This document shows, piece after piece, positions 18,079 to 26,176 of a stretch of DNA of 64,000 bases. A model generated the notes under the pieces. That model was not told where the DNA came from and did no database searches. It was given only the letters and a program-made list of their open reading frames with translations. The translations under genes and the position numbers were made by a program. This stretch comes from an uncultured Tissierellaceae bacterium (GTDB taxonomy: Bacteria; Bacillota; Clostridia; Tissierellales; Tissierellaceae), in the NCBI GenBank assembly GCA_964519585.1, contig CAZFIO010000001.1:234-64233 (forward strand), read 5' to 3'. Position 1 is the stretch's first letter, and every line of letters starts with the position of its first letter.

Positions 18079-18128
18079 CTTATATATATTGTAATCCAGA
18101 GTGAAGCTAAGGATGAAAACTCTTTTAC

Positions 18129-19592
18129 TTAGAGACTAAGTCTATTTTTTATAGTGTTTTCTATGTGGTCATCCAGAAAATCCATTCCTTCTAGATCTAT
18201 ATAGATGACCTCCCTATCTTTTCTAAGGATTATTTCTGTTTTCATATAGTCTAGATAATAGGCTTCATCTACACCCCAAAAGCTTTCATCAGCCTTAATT
18301 ATGGAGTTGGCAAAGCCAACTTCCCTTAACTTTCTTTTGCCTTCAATTTTATCCATATCCTTTACTTTATTGAAATCTTCTTCATTAATTCCATAGAATT
18401 TTAAGAAACTATCAAATTCTCCATAATCAAAGGAATACCTAAATAAGTCATTAGTTCTAGTTACAAGGGCTTTTTTGGCCCGATTTTTATACCTCTTAAC
18501 TAAGTTTTGGGCAATAGAACTGTTTATTGCCCCAGCATATTCAGCTTTTATGGAACCAGCACTTCTAGAGTAGGAGTAAGATTCATAAGAGTGTGGAAAT
18601 AGGGGGCTAGAATTTCTATAAAAGGTTGCATAGTCTTCCCCTTCATCCAAGTCCTCCATTAAGACAATCTTATAGTCCTCCCTATCAGGAAGGTCCTGGT
18701 CTTGGTCCAGGAGTGCATCTATAAAATGCACACCTATAAAAGCATTAAGTGCGATAGTTAACAAAAGGGTAAAAACCAGGCCAATGGATTTTAACTCCAA
18801 TTCCATTCTTCTAGGCTTAACAATAAACCTATAGAGAGTCCCTATAGACACACCTATTATGCCAGGGATAAGGCCTATAATTGCACTTTTGTTTTCTAAG
18901 ATAAAGGCACTATATAGGATATGATAAAATAACAAAATAAAAACAATATTCATATATATTAATAATATTTTATATATAGGCTTCCTAGAACTATCAAAAT
19001 CTAGGGGAAGTCCTTCCTCAATATTTTTGCGATTTCTATTGATAAAACGATTTAGATCTATGATTTGAACAATTCCCAGGGCCAAGGCTGCTGGCATTAG
19101 AAATGCTAGAGAAAGATGCAAACCATCCTTGACAGCAGAGGTATTCTTAAAAACAGACCCTAAAATAAACCAAGATAGAACAACTGACAAAATGGTCATT
19201 AAATAGTTGCCTACTTCCTGTTTTTTACCTATGGCTTCCAGGCTTTTAAAAAGCTCCTCCTCATCAGTCTCCAAGGGCATGGCATCATCGGTCTTTTCCT
19301 TGTAATATATATGCAAATCTGAGGTCTTAGTAGCATAATTCCAGCCCACATGCTGACAAACACTTTGAAATTCTTCTAGATCAACCTTGGTCTTCCTGGT
19401 AAAAAAGGTCTCAATCTCATAAGGAGTTATGGAGAAGTCTAGGTCTTCAGGTTTTATTCTTTTATATACAAATATATAACCTTGGTAAATTTTGCTTATA
19501 AGCCAGCCTTCCCTAGCCTTTTTTTCAAAGAATCTTTCCATAAATGGATAATTATCAATATTTATATAGTTAATTTCTATTTTGAAATTCAT
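18129..19592 (-). CDS. DUF2812-type membrane protein (PadR-associated)
   Basis: N-terminal FMERFFEKKAREGWLISKIYQGYIFVYKRIKPEDLDFSI matches the DUF2812 pattern. Has central TM helices and overlaps the 3' end of the PadR gene by 23 nt. Confidence 0.6.
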   Translation of the reverse strand: MNFKIEINYINIDNYPFMERFFEKKAREGWLISKIYQGYIFVYKRIKPEDLDFSITPYEIETFFTRKTKVDLEEFQSVCQHVGWNYATKTSDLHIYYKEKTDDAMPLETDEEELFKSLEAIGKKQEVGNYLMTILSVVLSWFILGSVFKNTSAVKDGLHLSLAFLMPAALALGIVQIIDLNRFINRNRKNIEEGLPLDFDSSRKPIYKILLIYMNIVFILLFYHILYSAFILENKSAIIGLIPGIIGVSIGTLYRFIVKPRRMELELKSIGLVFTLLLTIALNAFIGVHFIDALLDQDQDLPDREDYKIVLMEDLDEGEDYATFYRNSSPLFPHSYESYSYSRSAGSIKAEYAGAINSSIAQNLVKRYKNRAKKALVTRTNDLFRYSFDYGEFDSFLKFYGINEEDFNKVKDMDKIEGKRKLREVGFANSIIKADESFWGVDEAYYLDYMKTEIILRKDREVIYIDLEGMDFLDDHIENTIKNRLSL

Positions 19593-19896
19593 CTTCCTTT
19601 CCCTCCTTTACATAGTTTGCATGACCTATCATGGCTTCAAATCTTTGAATCTCTCCATTTAAAACATCCCTACCTAAGTCAGTAATAAGATAGGTTTTTT
19701 TCTTGTCCTCTTCTGAAATCATTTCTATATATTTATCCTTTTCAAACCTAGGCAGTAGGGAGTAGAGGGTCCCAGGTCCTACCTGCACCTTACCTTCCGT
19801 AAGCCATTCTATATATTGCATAATTTCATAGCCATGTCTTTTTTCCTTTAAGGATAAAAGAATATAAAACATTGGCTGGGTTAGTGGTTTATTCAA
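19570..19896 (-). CDS. PadR-family transcriptional regulator
   Basis: Winged-helix pattern FYILLSLKEKRHGYEIMQYIE...GPGTLYSLLPRFEKDKYIE. Start moved to the TTG (MNKPLTQ) 7 nt after AAGGAGGGG. The longer ORF in the track runs through the operator repeats. Confidence 0.78.
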   Translation of the reverse strand: MNKPLTQPMFYILLSLKEKRHGYEIMQYIEWLTEGKVQVGPGTLYSLLPRFEKDKYIEMISEEDKKKTYLITDLGRDVLNGEIQRFEAMIGHANYVKEGKEDEFQNRN

Positions 19897-19914
19897 TAGC
19901 TTCCCCTCCTTAGG

Positions 19915-19989
19915 ATATATCAATACATGATATATCGACACATGATATAGTGATAATTTAAGTATATATCGACACCTGATACATGTCAA
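19915..19989 (-). promoter_or_regulatory. Promoter and triple operator-like repeat upstream of the PadR operon
   Basis: On the coding strand: TTGACA, 17 nt, TATACT. Three 17-bp repeats ATCA(G/T)GT(G/A)T(C/T)GATATAT, each containing TATC-N7-GATA dyad symmetry. The first overlaps the promoter. Confidence 0.55.
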
Positions 19990-20166
19990 GTCATATTTTC
20001 AATAAAGGGGATGGGAAATTTTGTTCATCTTATATTTTATAGACTACTCTTGGTTAGGGGCCTTATGATTGACAGGGATTTTTATAATGTGATATATTTT
20101 ATTTATAGAAAATTGCAGCAGTTATAGCTTCAATCTAATGTTTGTATTTTACAAGGAGGTAGAAAG

Positions 20167-21000
20167 ATGAAAAACTTTGTAAAGAAGGCTTGGTTGGAAG
20201 AAAATATTAATAAGGATAATTTAATAATCTTGGATGCAAGGGCGGATTTGTCTGATCCTGAAAAAGGTATGAAATTGTATGAAGAAGGTCATATAAAAGG
20301 AGCTCATTTTGTTTCACTTGAGGATACAATGACAGGTGAGCTAGGTATTCATGGGGGTAGGCATCCACTACCTGACATGAAGAGGTTTGTTGAAGATATG
20401 AAAGGCCTAGGAATCCATGATGATTCCCTACTTGTGATTTATGATGATGGAGCTTTAGCCATGGCTGCTAGGTTGTGGTGGTTACTAAAGTACATAGGGA
20501 AAAGCAAGGTTTATATACTAGAAGGTGGATTTGACAACTGGCTAAGGGAAGGTGGGGAAATCACAGATACAATTCTTAAAAGAAGAAAATCAAAAGGCTT
20601 ATCACTTAATATAAATAGTGACATAAGAGTAAATATGGAATATGTAAGGGATTCTATAGGCAAAGAAGGAACAGTTCTAATAGATGCCAGATCGTATGAA
20701 AGATATCTAGGCGAGGTTGAACCTTTAGACAAGTTTCCAGGTCGCATACCTTCCGCTATGAATTTACCCTGGGACTCCTTCTTAAATAAGGATGGGATAG
20801 ATATGGAGGATATAGGTAAGCTTCTAGAGCCCCTATTTCAACATAAAGAAATAATTGTATATTGTGGTTCTGGGGTCAGTGGAACAGTACCCTATATATT
20901 TATGGATGAAATAGGACTAAAACCAAAGCTTTACCCAGGTAGCTATAGTGACTGGATTTCCTATGATGAAAACCAGGTTGAAGTGGGAGATAAAGAATAA
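20167..21000 (+). CDS. Tandem-rhodanese sulfurtransferase (3-mercaptopyruvate/thiosulfate type)
   Basis: Two rhodanese domains. Active-site loop YCGSGVSGT (CGSGVT-type) in the second domain. SD AAGGAGG. Confidence 0.85.
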   Translation: MKNFVKKAWLEENINKDNLIILDARADLSDPEKGMKLYEEGHIKGAHFVSLEDTMTGELGIHGGRHPLPDMKRFVEDMKGLGIHDDSLLVIYDDGALAMAARLWWLLKYIGKSKVYILEGGFDNWLREGGEITDTILKRRKSKGLSLNINSDIRVNMEYVRDSIGKEGTVLIDARSYERYLGEVEPLDKFPGRIPSAMNLPWDSFLNKDGIDMEDIGKLLEPLFQHKEIIVYCGSGVSGTVPYIFMDEIGLKPKLYPGSYSDWISYDENQVEVGDKE

Positions 21001-21061
21001 GTATAGTCTTTAATAAGAAAAGGTGAAGAACTATACCCATCAATATTCGTTTTGCAAATAT

Positions 21062-21095
21062 AGATGCGCCAGGGACGGTCCTTGGCGCATTTTTG
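21062..21095. repeat. REP-like hairpin (copy 2)
   Basis: AGATGCGCCAGGGACGGTCCTTGGCGCATTTTTG. Confidence 0.8.
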
Positions 21096-21111
21096 CTTGA
21101 AAAATCTAGGT

Positions 21112-21148
21112 CAAAAATGCGCTGGGGACAGTCCCCAATGCATTTTTG
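21112..21148. repeat. REP-like hairpin (copy 3)
   Basis: CAAAAATGCGCTGGGGACAGTCCCCAATGCATTTTTG. Confidence 0.8.
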
Positions 21149-21227
21149 TTGAATTTTATTAAATAAAAAGAAGGATTTTATGTAATTATGTCGAATATTA
21201 TGGTAATAATATTTTTGGAGGAAAAAG

Positions 21228-22043
21228 ATGGCTAGATTAGCAAGGGCTCAGAGTCCAACTGATTATTATCATATTATGGTAAGAGGTAACAATAAAGAGG
21301 AAGTATTTAAAAATCCTGTGAATAAAAGATATTTCATAGAAACCTTATCTAAGCAAGAGGAAGAGGGCTTGATAGAAATAGGGGCATATTGTATTATGGA
21401 TAATCATGCACATATTTTGATTTGGGTTGAAATAGAAGACCTAGGCAAGGTAATGAAATGTATTAACACTAAGTATGCACTGCAATTCAACTATATAAAT
21501 GACAGGGTGGGCCATGTATTTCAAGGAAGATATAGAAGCGAGGTAATTACTGGTGACGAACACCTCCTAAATGTCCTAAGATATATACATAATAATCCTG
21601 TAAAAGCTGGTTTAGTAGGCCATCCTAGAAATTATAAATGGTCTAGCTATAATGAATACCTTAGGGGAGATGGAATATTGACCAATAGCCAAAGAGAATT
21701 AGTAATGTCATATTTTAATGAGAAAAAAAATAGCTTTATTGATTTCCATGGTGAATATGATGAGAATGAATATTTGGATACGCAAGAAGATATCCAAATG
21801 CTAAGATTTAATAAGAGTATAAAAATAATTTCACAATATTTAATGGATAATGGCCTAGAAAAGACTGAATTAGAAACAAATATGGAACATTTGGAGGGAA
21901 TTGTGACTAGGTTACTGGTAAATAAGGATTTATCACATAGACAAATTGCAGACTTACTAAATATTGGAAGGGGAATAGTACACAGGATAAGCCGACAAAA
22001 CAAAAATGCGCCAGGGACCGTCCCCAACGCACTGGAGGGGTGA
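21228..22043 (+). CDS. REP-associated tyrosine transposase (RAYT; IS200/IS605-like Y1 HUH transposase) with a C-terminal HTH tail
   Basis: HUH motif in DNHAHILIW. GRYRSE. Catalytic Tyr context LRYIHNNPVKAGLV. C-terminal LSHRQIADLLNIGRGIVHRI. The last 14 codons are encoded by REP copy 4. Confidence 0.8.
   Translation: MARLARAQSPTDYYHIMVRGNNKEEVFKNPVNKRYFIETLSKQEEEGLIEIGAYCIMDNHAHILIWVEIEDLGKVMKCINTKYALQFNYINDRVGHVFQGRYRSEVITGDEHLLNVLRYIHNNPVKAGLVGHPRNYKWSSYNEYLRGDGILTNSQRELVMSYFNEKKNSFIDFHGEYDENEYLDTQEDIQMLRFNKSIKIISQYLMDNGLEKTELETNMEHLEGIVTRLLVNKDLSHRQIADLLNIGRGIVHRISRQNKNAPGTVPNALEG
22001..22035. repeat. REP-like hairpin (copy 4), embedded in the RAYT 3' end
   Basis: CAAAAATGCGCCAGGGACCGTCCCCAACGCACTGG. 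The right arm has diverged and runs into the corA SD GGAGGGG. Confidence 0.8.
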
Positions 22044-22047
22044 GAAG

Positions 22048-23007
22048 ATGTTATACATAAAATATGATACCAATAGTATGGATAAAAGAAATATTGAGAA
22101 TATTGAAGATTTTACAAATGACAAGGATGATAGGATAAAGTGGCTACAAATAGTAGGGCTTGGTAATACTGACCTAATAAAGGATCTATGTAATAAGTTG
22201 GGTGTTCATTCCCTGGTTTCAGATGATATACTAGGGGACAATCAGAGGCCCAAGATTGATGACTATGAAGATTATATTTATATTAAGTCTCAAAATATTA
22301 TCCTTAATAATAATGATTTAAGCATACAAAAAGTTTCATTTATACTATTTATGGATAAAATGATTTCTTTCGAAGAATATGAGACAGATGTATTTATTAG
22401 TATAGAAGACAAACTACAAGATGGTACAATCCTTAGAAAGAATGGAGCTGATGATTTGCTTTATGCTCTTTTGAATTCTATAGTGGAAAACTATTTTGAT
22501 CTTATAGAGATGCTTGGTGATAAGATAGATGAATTAGAAGATGAGTTGTTACAGGATCCCAATAAAAAAATATTGGAAAAGATATACTATGTAAAAAGGG
22601 AGCTAATTACTATTAGAAATATCATGTGGCCTATGCGGGAAGTGGCAAGCAACCTATCAAAGAATGAATATGATCTAATCAATGGTAGAACCATATATTA
22701 TTTTAGAGATATAGCAGATGATATAATTCAAATAATAGATATAGTTGAGAACTATAGGGAAATATGTTCAGGTATGCTGGATACCTACTTATCCAGTATA
22801 GGCAATAAAACAAATGATGTGATGAAGGTCTTGACCATATTTACAACCATATTTACCCCCTTGACCTTTTTAGCAGGCATATATGGAATGAATTTTAAAT
22901 ATTTGCCAGAATTAGAGTGGAAGTATGGATACCTTAGCTTCTGGTTGATTAGTATAGGAATAATACTTTTAATGTTCAAGTACTTTAAGAAAAAGGGTTG
23001 GCTATAA
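22048..23007 (+). CDS. corA: CorA-family magnesium/cobalt transporter
   Basis: YGMNF signature (GIYGMNFKYLPE) followed by two C-terminal TM helices. Start moved to ATG 22048 (MLYIKYD) after SD GGAGGGG. The MRQGPS... extension in the track is REP-derived. Confidence 0.9.
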   Translation: MLYIKYDTNSMDKRNIENIEDFTNDKDDRIKWLQIVGLGNTDLIKDLCNKLGVHSLVSDDILGDNQRPKIDDYEDYIYIKSQNIILNNNDLSIQKVSFILFMDKMISFEEYETDVFISIEDKLQDGTILRKNGADDLLYALLNSIVENYFDLIEMLGDKIDELEDELLQDPNKKILEKIYYVKRELITIRNIMWPMREVASNLSKNEYDLINGRTIYYFRDIADDIIQIIDIVENYREICSGMLDTYLSSIGNKTNDVMKVLTIFTTIFTPLTFLAGIYGMNFKYLPELEWKYGYLSFWLISIGIILLMFKYFKKKGWL

Positions 23008-23009
23008 AA

Positions 23010-23046
23010 CAAAAATGCGCCAGGGACCGTCCCCAGCGCATTTTTG
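23010..23046. repeat. REP-like hairpin (copy 5)
   Basis: CAAAAATGCGCCAGGGACCGTCCCCAGCGCATTTTTG, the most symmetric copy. It lies between convergent corA and the FAD/Rieske gene. Confidence 0.85.
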
Positions 23047-23047
23047 A

Positions 23048-24607
23048 CTAAAAGTCTTCTTTGATTAACTTTATTAATATATTGGCATCCTTGTTAAAAT
23101 TCAAGGGTTTTACAGCTGGGCCTTGGATTATATTGCCTTCAAAGGTAAAGCGGGAACCATGACAAGGGCAATCCCAGGATCTTTCAGCATCATTCCAATT
23201 TAGTTCACAACCCAAATGGGTACAGGTGGTATCCACAAAGAAATACTCCCCCTTATCATCCCTATAGGCTCCAATTCTTTCACCGTCATGCTTAAAGACT
23301 TTTCCCTCACTTAAGCCTATATCCAGTTCGTCTGGAAGCTTAGAAAGTTTCCCCTTCAACAGTTGACCTGCAACATTGACATTCTGTGCTACAAATTCCT
23401 TGGCTGAAGCCATAAGATTTTTCCTGGATGGGCTATATATATCCTGCCAAGGACTTTCCCCCTTGATTATTAAATCTCTCAAAATCATAGATGAAACTAT
23501 AGAATTGGTCATTCCCCATTTTTGAAAGCCAGTGGCTATATATAGATTAGGGGTATCATCAGTAAAGTAGCCTACATAAGGGACCCCATCTATAGTCATA
23601 CAATCCTGGGTAGACCATCTAAAAGGCATTTCCTCTATGGTGAATATTTCCTTTGCAAACTGGATTAGGTTTCTATAATGAAGGCCAGTATCTTCACTTT
23701 GACCTACCTTATGCTTTTCACCTACTAGAAAAATCAATTCTCCATCCTCAGTTTTTTGGGATCTTAAAGATCGGCTAGGGTCCTCAGTATTTATATACAT
23801 GCCACCGGGAAACTTTTCCTTTGCGGTGATTGCAAGTATATAGGACCTTTCCACATAAATCTTGGAGAAATACATGGAGGCCTTATTGTAGAAGGGATAG
23901 TGGGAGGCTATGATAACCTTCTTTGCCCTAACTTTTTTTCCTTGGGAAGTCAACAAAACATATTCATCCCCATCCTCTTCCAAATCAATAACCCTACTAT
24001 TTTCATAAATAGACATGCCGTCCTTATGAGCTAGCTTTGCCAAAGGAAGCAAAAACTTTCTAGGGTGAAATTGGGCTTGATCTTCAAATCTGACCCCAGC
24101 CTTAATCTCCATATCGAAGGGTATTTCTTCCACATAGGATGCTTTTATACCTAGGGAAGATGCAGCTTCAACCTCATCTTCTATATTCTTTATTTTATTT
24201 TCATCTTGAGTATAAACAAATGAAGCTTGATTGCTATAATCACATTCAATATTGTTTTCTTCTGCTATTTCCTTTATTACCCCTATAGCCCTTTCATTGG
24301 CATGGGCATACTGTCTGGCCAAATCCTCACCAAATTGATTGATTAACTTATGGTAAATCAAACCATGCTGGGAGCTAATTTTTCCTGTGGTATGGGCTGT
24401 GGTTGAAGATAGGATTCCCCCTGCTTCTAAAATAGCTACTTTCAAACCTTGCTTTCTTAATTGATAGGCTGTGGTTATTCCTACCATCCCTCCACCTACT
24501 ATAGCTATATCTACATTTATATCCTTTTCCAAGGCTGGGTAAGAACTTTTATCTGTTGAAGCTAGCCAATAGGATTCTGGAAATTTATTGAACTTTAACG
24601 TATCCAT
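23048..24607 (-). CDS. FAD-dependent oxidoreductase fused to a C-terminal Rieske [2Fe-2S] domain
   Basis: N-terminal dinucleotide fold DIAIVGGGMVGITTAY. C-terminal Rieske ligands CTHLGC ... CPCHGSRF. SD AGGAGG. Confidence 0.8.
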   Translation of the reverse strand: MDTLKFNKFPESYWLASTDKSSYPALEKDINVDIAIVGGGMVGITTAYQLRKQGLKVAILEAGGILSSTTAHTTGKISSQHGLIYHKLINQFGEDLARQYAHANERAIGVIKEIAEENNIECDYSNQASFVYTQDENKIKNIEDEVEAASSLGIKASYVEEIPFDMEIKAGVRFEDQAQFHPRKFLLPLAKLAHKDGMSIYENSRVIDLEEDGDEYVLLTSQGKKVRAKKVIIASHYPFYNKASMYFSKIYVERSYILAITAKEKFPGGMYINTEDPSRSLRSQKTEDGELIFLVGEKHKVGQSEDTGLHYRNLIQFAKEIFTIEEMPFRWSTQDCMTIDGVPYVGYFTDDTPNLYIATGFQKWGMTNSIVSSMILRDLIIKGESPWQDIYSPSRKNLMASAKEFVAQNVNVAGQLLKGKLSKLPDELDIGLSEGKVFKHDGERIGAYRDDKGEYFFVDTTCTHLGCELNWNDAERSWDCPCHGSRFTFEGNIIQGPAVKPLNFNKDANILIKLIKEDF

Positions 24608-24742
24608 ATTTTCCTCCTGTTTTTTCTTTACCTATACTTTTTACACATTAATCCAAAATTATACTATTTTATAAAAATAGGAATATAATTTCTTTTATCC
24701 TAATAGAATAAAAGAAAAGAAAAAAGTATTTTCAAAAAAGGC

Positions 24743-24771
24743 TTTACATTTAAAATTATCTGTTGTATAAT
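24743..24771 (+). promoter_or_regulatory. Sigma-A-type promoter of the T-box leader
   Basis: TTTACA (24743-24748), 17 nt, TATAAT (24766-24771). Confidence 0.65.
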
Positions 24772-24777
24772 GATAAA

Positions 24778-25053
24778 AATTCAGAAAATGAAAATGACTC
24801 TGAAGAGGGGAGTAGTTTTAGGAAGTCTTTACAGCGAGTTCCACCTGGTGAAAGGGAACAGGACGAAAGAAACGAAAAGGGCCTCTGAGTTTTGCACCGA
24901 GATTAGATTCAAGGCTGCAAGGGGATCACCCCTTATAGTGATAGGGTATATATGTACCCAAAGAGGTCTATATAGCGATATATGGATAAATTAGGATGGC
25001 AACGCGACTAACTCTCGTTCCTAGAAGAGATTCTAGGAATGGGAGTTTTTTTT
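24778..25053 (+). promoter_or_regulatory. T-box riboswitch leader (tRNA-sensing transcription attenuator)
   Basis: Stem I carries AGTA (24811-24814), an AG-bulge ACAGCGAG and a distal loop ACCTGGTGAAAG. T-box 14-mer AGGATGGCAACGCG (24993-25006). Antiterminator helices TAGGA/TCCTA and GCGA/TCGT compete with the terminator ACTCTCGTTCCTAGAA...TTCTAGGAATGGGAGT plus T8 (25011-25053). Confidence 0.85.
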
Positions 25054-25250
25054 ATGACCTATCCCGATTAGCAAAGCTTTTTTGCAAATCGATGGAAGGT
25101 CAAACGCAACGAACACCAAATCTATGCGAACCAAGAGAGCTCTAGATTTGAAATTCGAGACTGCGTCATCTTCCACTAGGATAATTAAATCCTAAAGTCA
25201 CAAAAAAGTATTGGGAAATTAGTAATTTTACAATCTAAGGGGGAATTATA

Positions 25251-26144
25251 ATGTTAAAGAAGATGAGTAAAAAAATTAGTTTATTGTTAGTTTTAGTATT
25301 AGCCTTGTCAGTGGTATTGGTAGCTTGTGGTGAAAAACCTGAAGAACCAGAAGGACCAGGCCAAGTGGAGGAACCTGGTGAGGGAGAAAATGGTGGAGAA
25401 GAAAATGGCGAAGAACCTAGTGGTATCAAGACAGTTAAGGATATTCAAGACGCAGGTAAAATTGTACTTGGAACAAGTGCAGACTATCCTCCATTTGAAT
25501 TCCATGCTTTAATTAATGGTAAGGATGAAATTGTAGGGTTTGATATTGAGATAGCAAAATATATCGCAGAAAAATTAGGCGTAGAATTAGAAATTAATGA
25601 TATGGATTTTGATATTTTGGTTGCAGCTCTAGGTGCTGGAAGGGTAGATATAGTTATTGCAGGTATGAATCCAGACCCAGAAAGGGACGCTAATTTCTCA
25701 GACATATACTATGAAGCAAATCTAGCAGTCCTAGTTCCAAAGGGAAATCCTCTAGGAATCAATAAGGAAGCAGACTTGAAGGATAAAAAGATAGGTGTAC
25801 AGATAGGCACAACTCAGGAAGATGTGGCCAATGAAGCTGGAGGGAAAGAAGTATTGAGTCTAGCATCAAACTATGATTTAGTTATGAATTTAAAAACAAA
25901 TAAAGTTGATTGTGTAATTATGGAGACACCTGTAGCTGAAGCCTTTGCAAAAGCTAATGATGATGTAATAATGGTTGAAGGATTAGAAATTGACTCAGGT
26001 ACGGATGGAGTTGCTATAGCACTAAAAACAGGTAGTGATGAATTGACAGAGAAAATTAATGAAATTCTAGCTGAGATTAAGGTTAAAGGTTTAATCGAAA
26101 AATGGATGGCCGAAGCTGACGAATTAAGTCAAGAGGAAATCTAA
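25251..26144 (+). CDS. Amino-acid ABC transporter substrate-binding lipoprotein (polar/basic amino-acid type)
   Basis: Lipobox LVAC|GEK, an acidic Gly/Glu/Pro linker, then a type-3 SBP pattern: GTSADYPPFEF...GFDIEIAKYIAEKLG...DIVIAGM. Confidence 0.85.
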   Translation: MLKKMSKKISLLLVLVLALSVVLVACGEKPEEPEGPGQVEEPGEGENGGEENGEEPSGIKTVKDIQDAGKIVLGTSADYPPFEFHALINGKDEIVGFDIEIAKYIAEKLGVELEINDMDFDILVAALGAGRVDIVIAGMNPDPERDANFSDIYYEANLAVLVPKGNPLGINKEADLKDKKIGVQIGTTQEDVANEAGGKEVLSLASNYDLVMNLKTNKVDCVIMETPVAEAFAKANDDVIMVEGLEIDSGTDGVAIALKTGSDELTEKINEILAEIKVKGLIEKWMAEADELSQEEI

Positions 26145-26176
26145 GTCGAACCAGTGGAAATAAGGAGTAAAGAGGA

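Larger units (their letters stand above)
21062..22043 (+). mobile_element. REP/RAYT unit: Y1-transposase gene bracketed by REP hairpins
   Basis: Two hairpins upstream (21062-21095, 21112-21148) and one overlapping the 3' end (22001-22035) of an HUH/Y1 transposase-like gene. Confidence 0.6.

Noticed and set aside
24770-24994. A 74-aa ORF (MIKIQKMKMTLKRG...) upstream of the ABC transporter genes.
   Set aside because: It lies entirely within the T-box leader (Stem I to Stem III), has no SD, and is explained by the riboswitch.
25327-25512. Several 61-73-aa ORFs on both strands over the 5' part of the binding-protein gene.
   Set aside because: They arise from the low-complexity Gly/Glu/Pro linker region of the lipoprotein gene. 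No independent signals support them.
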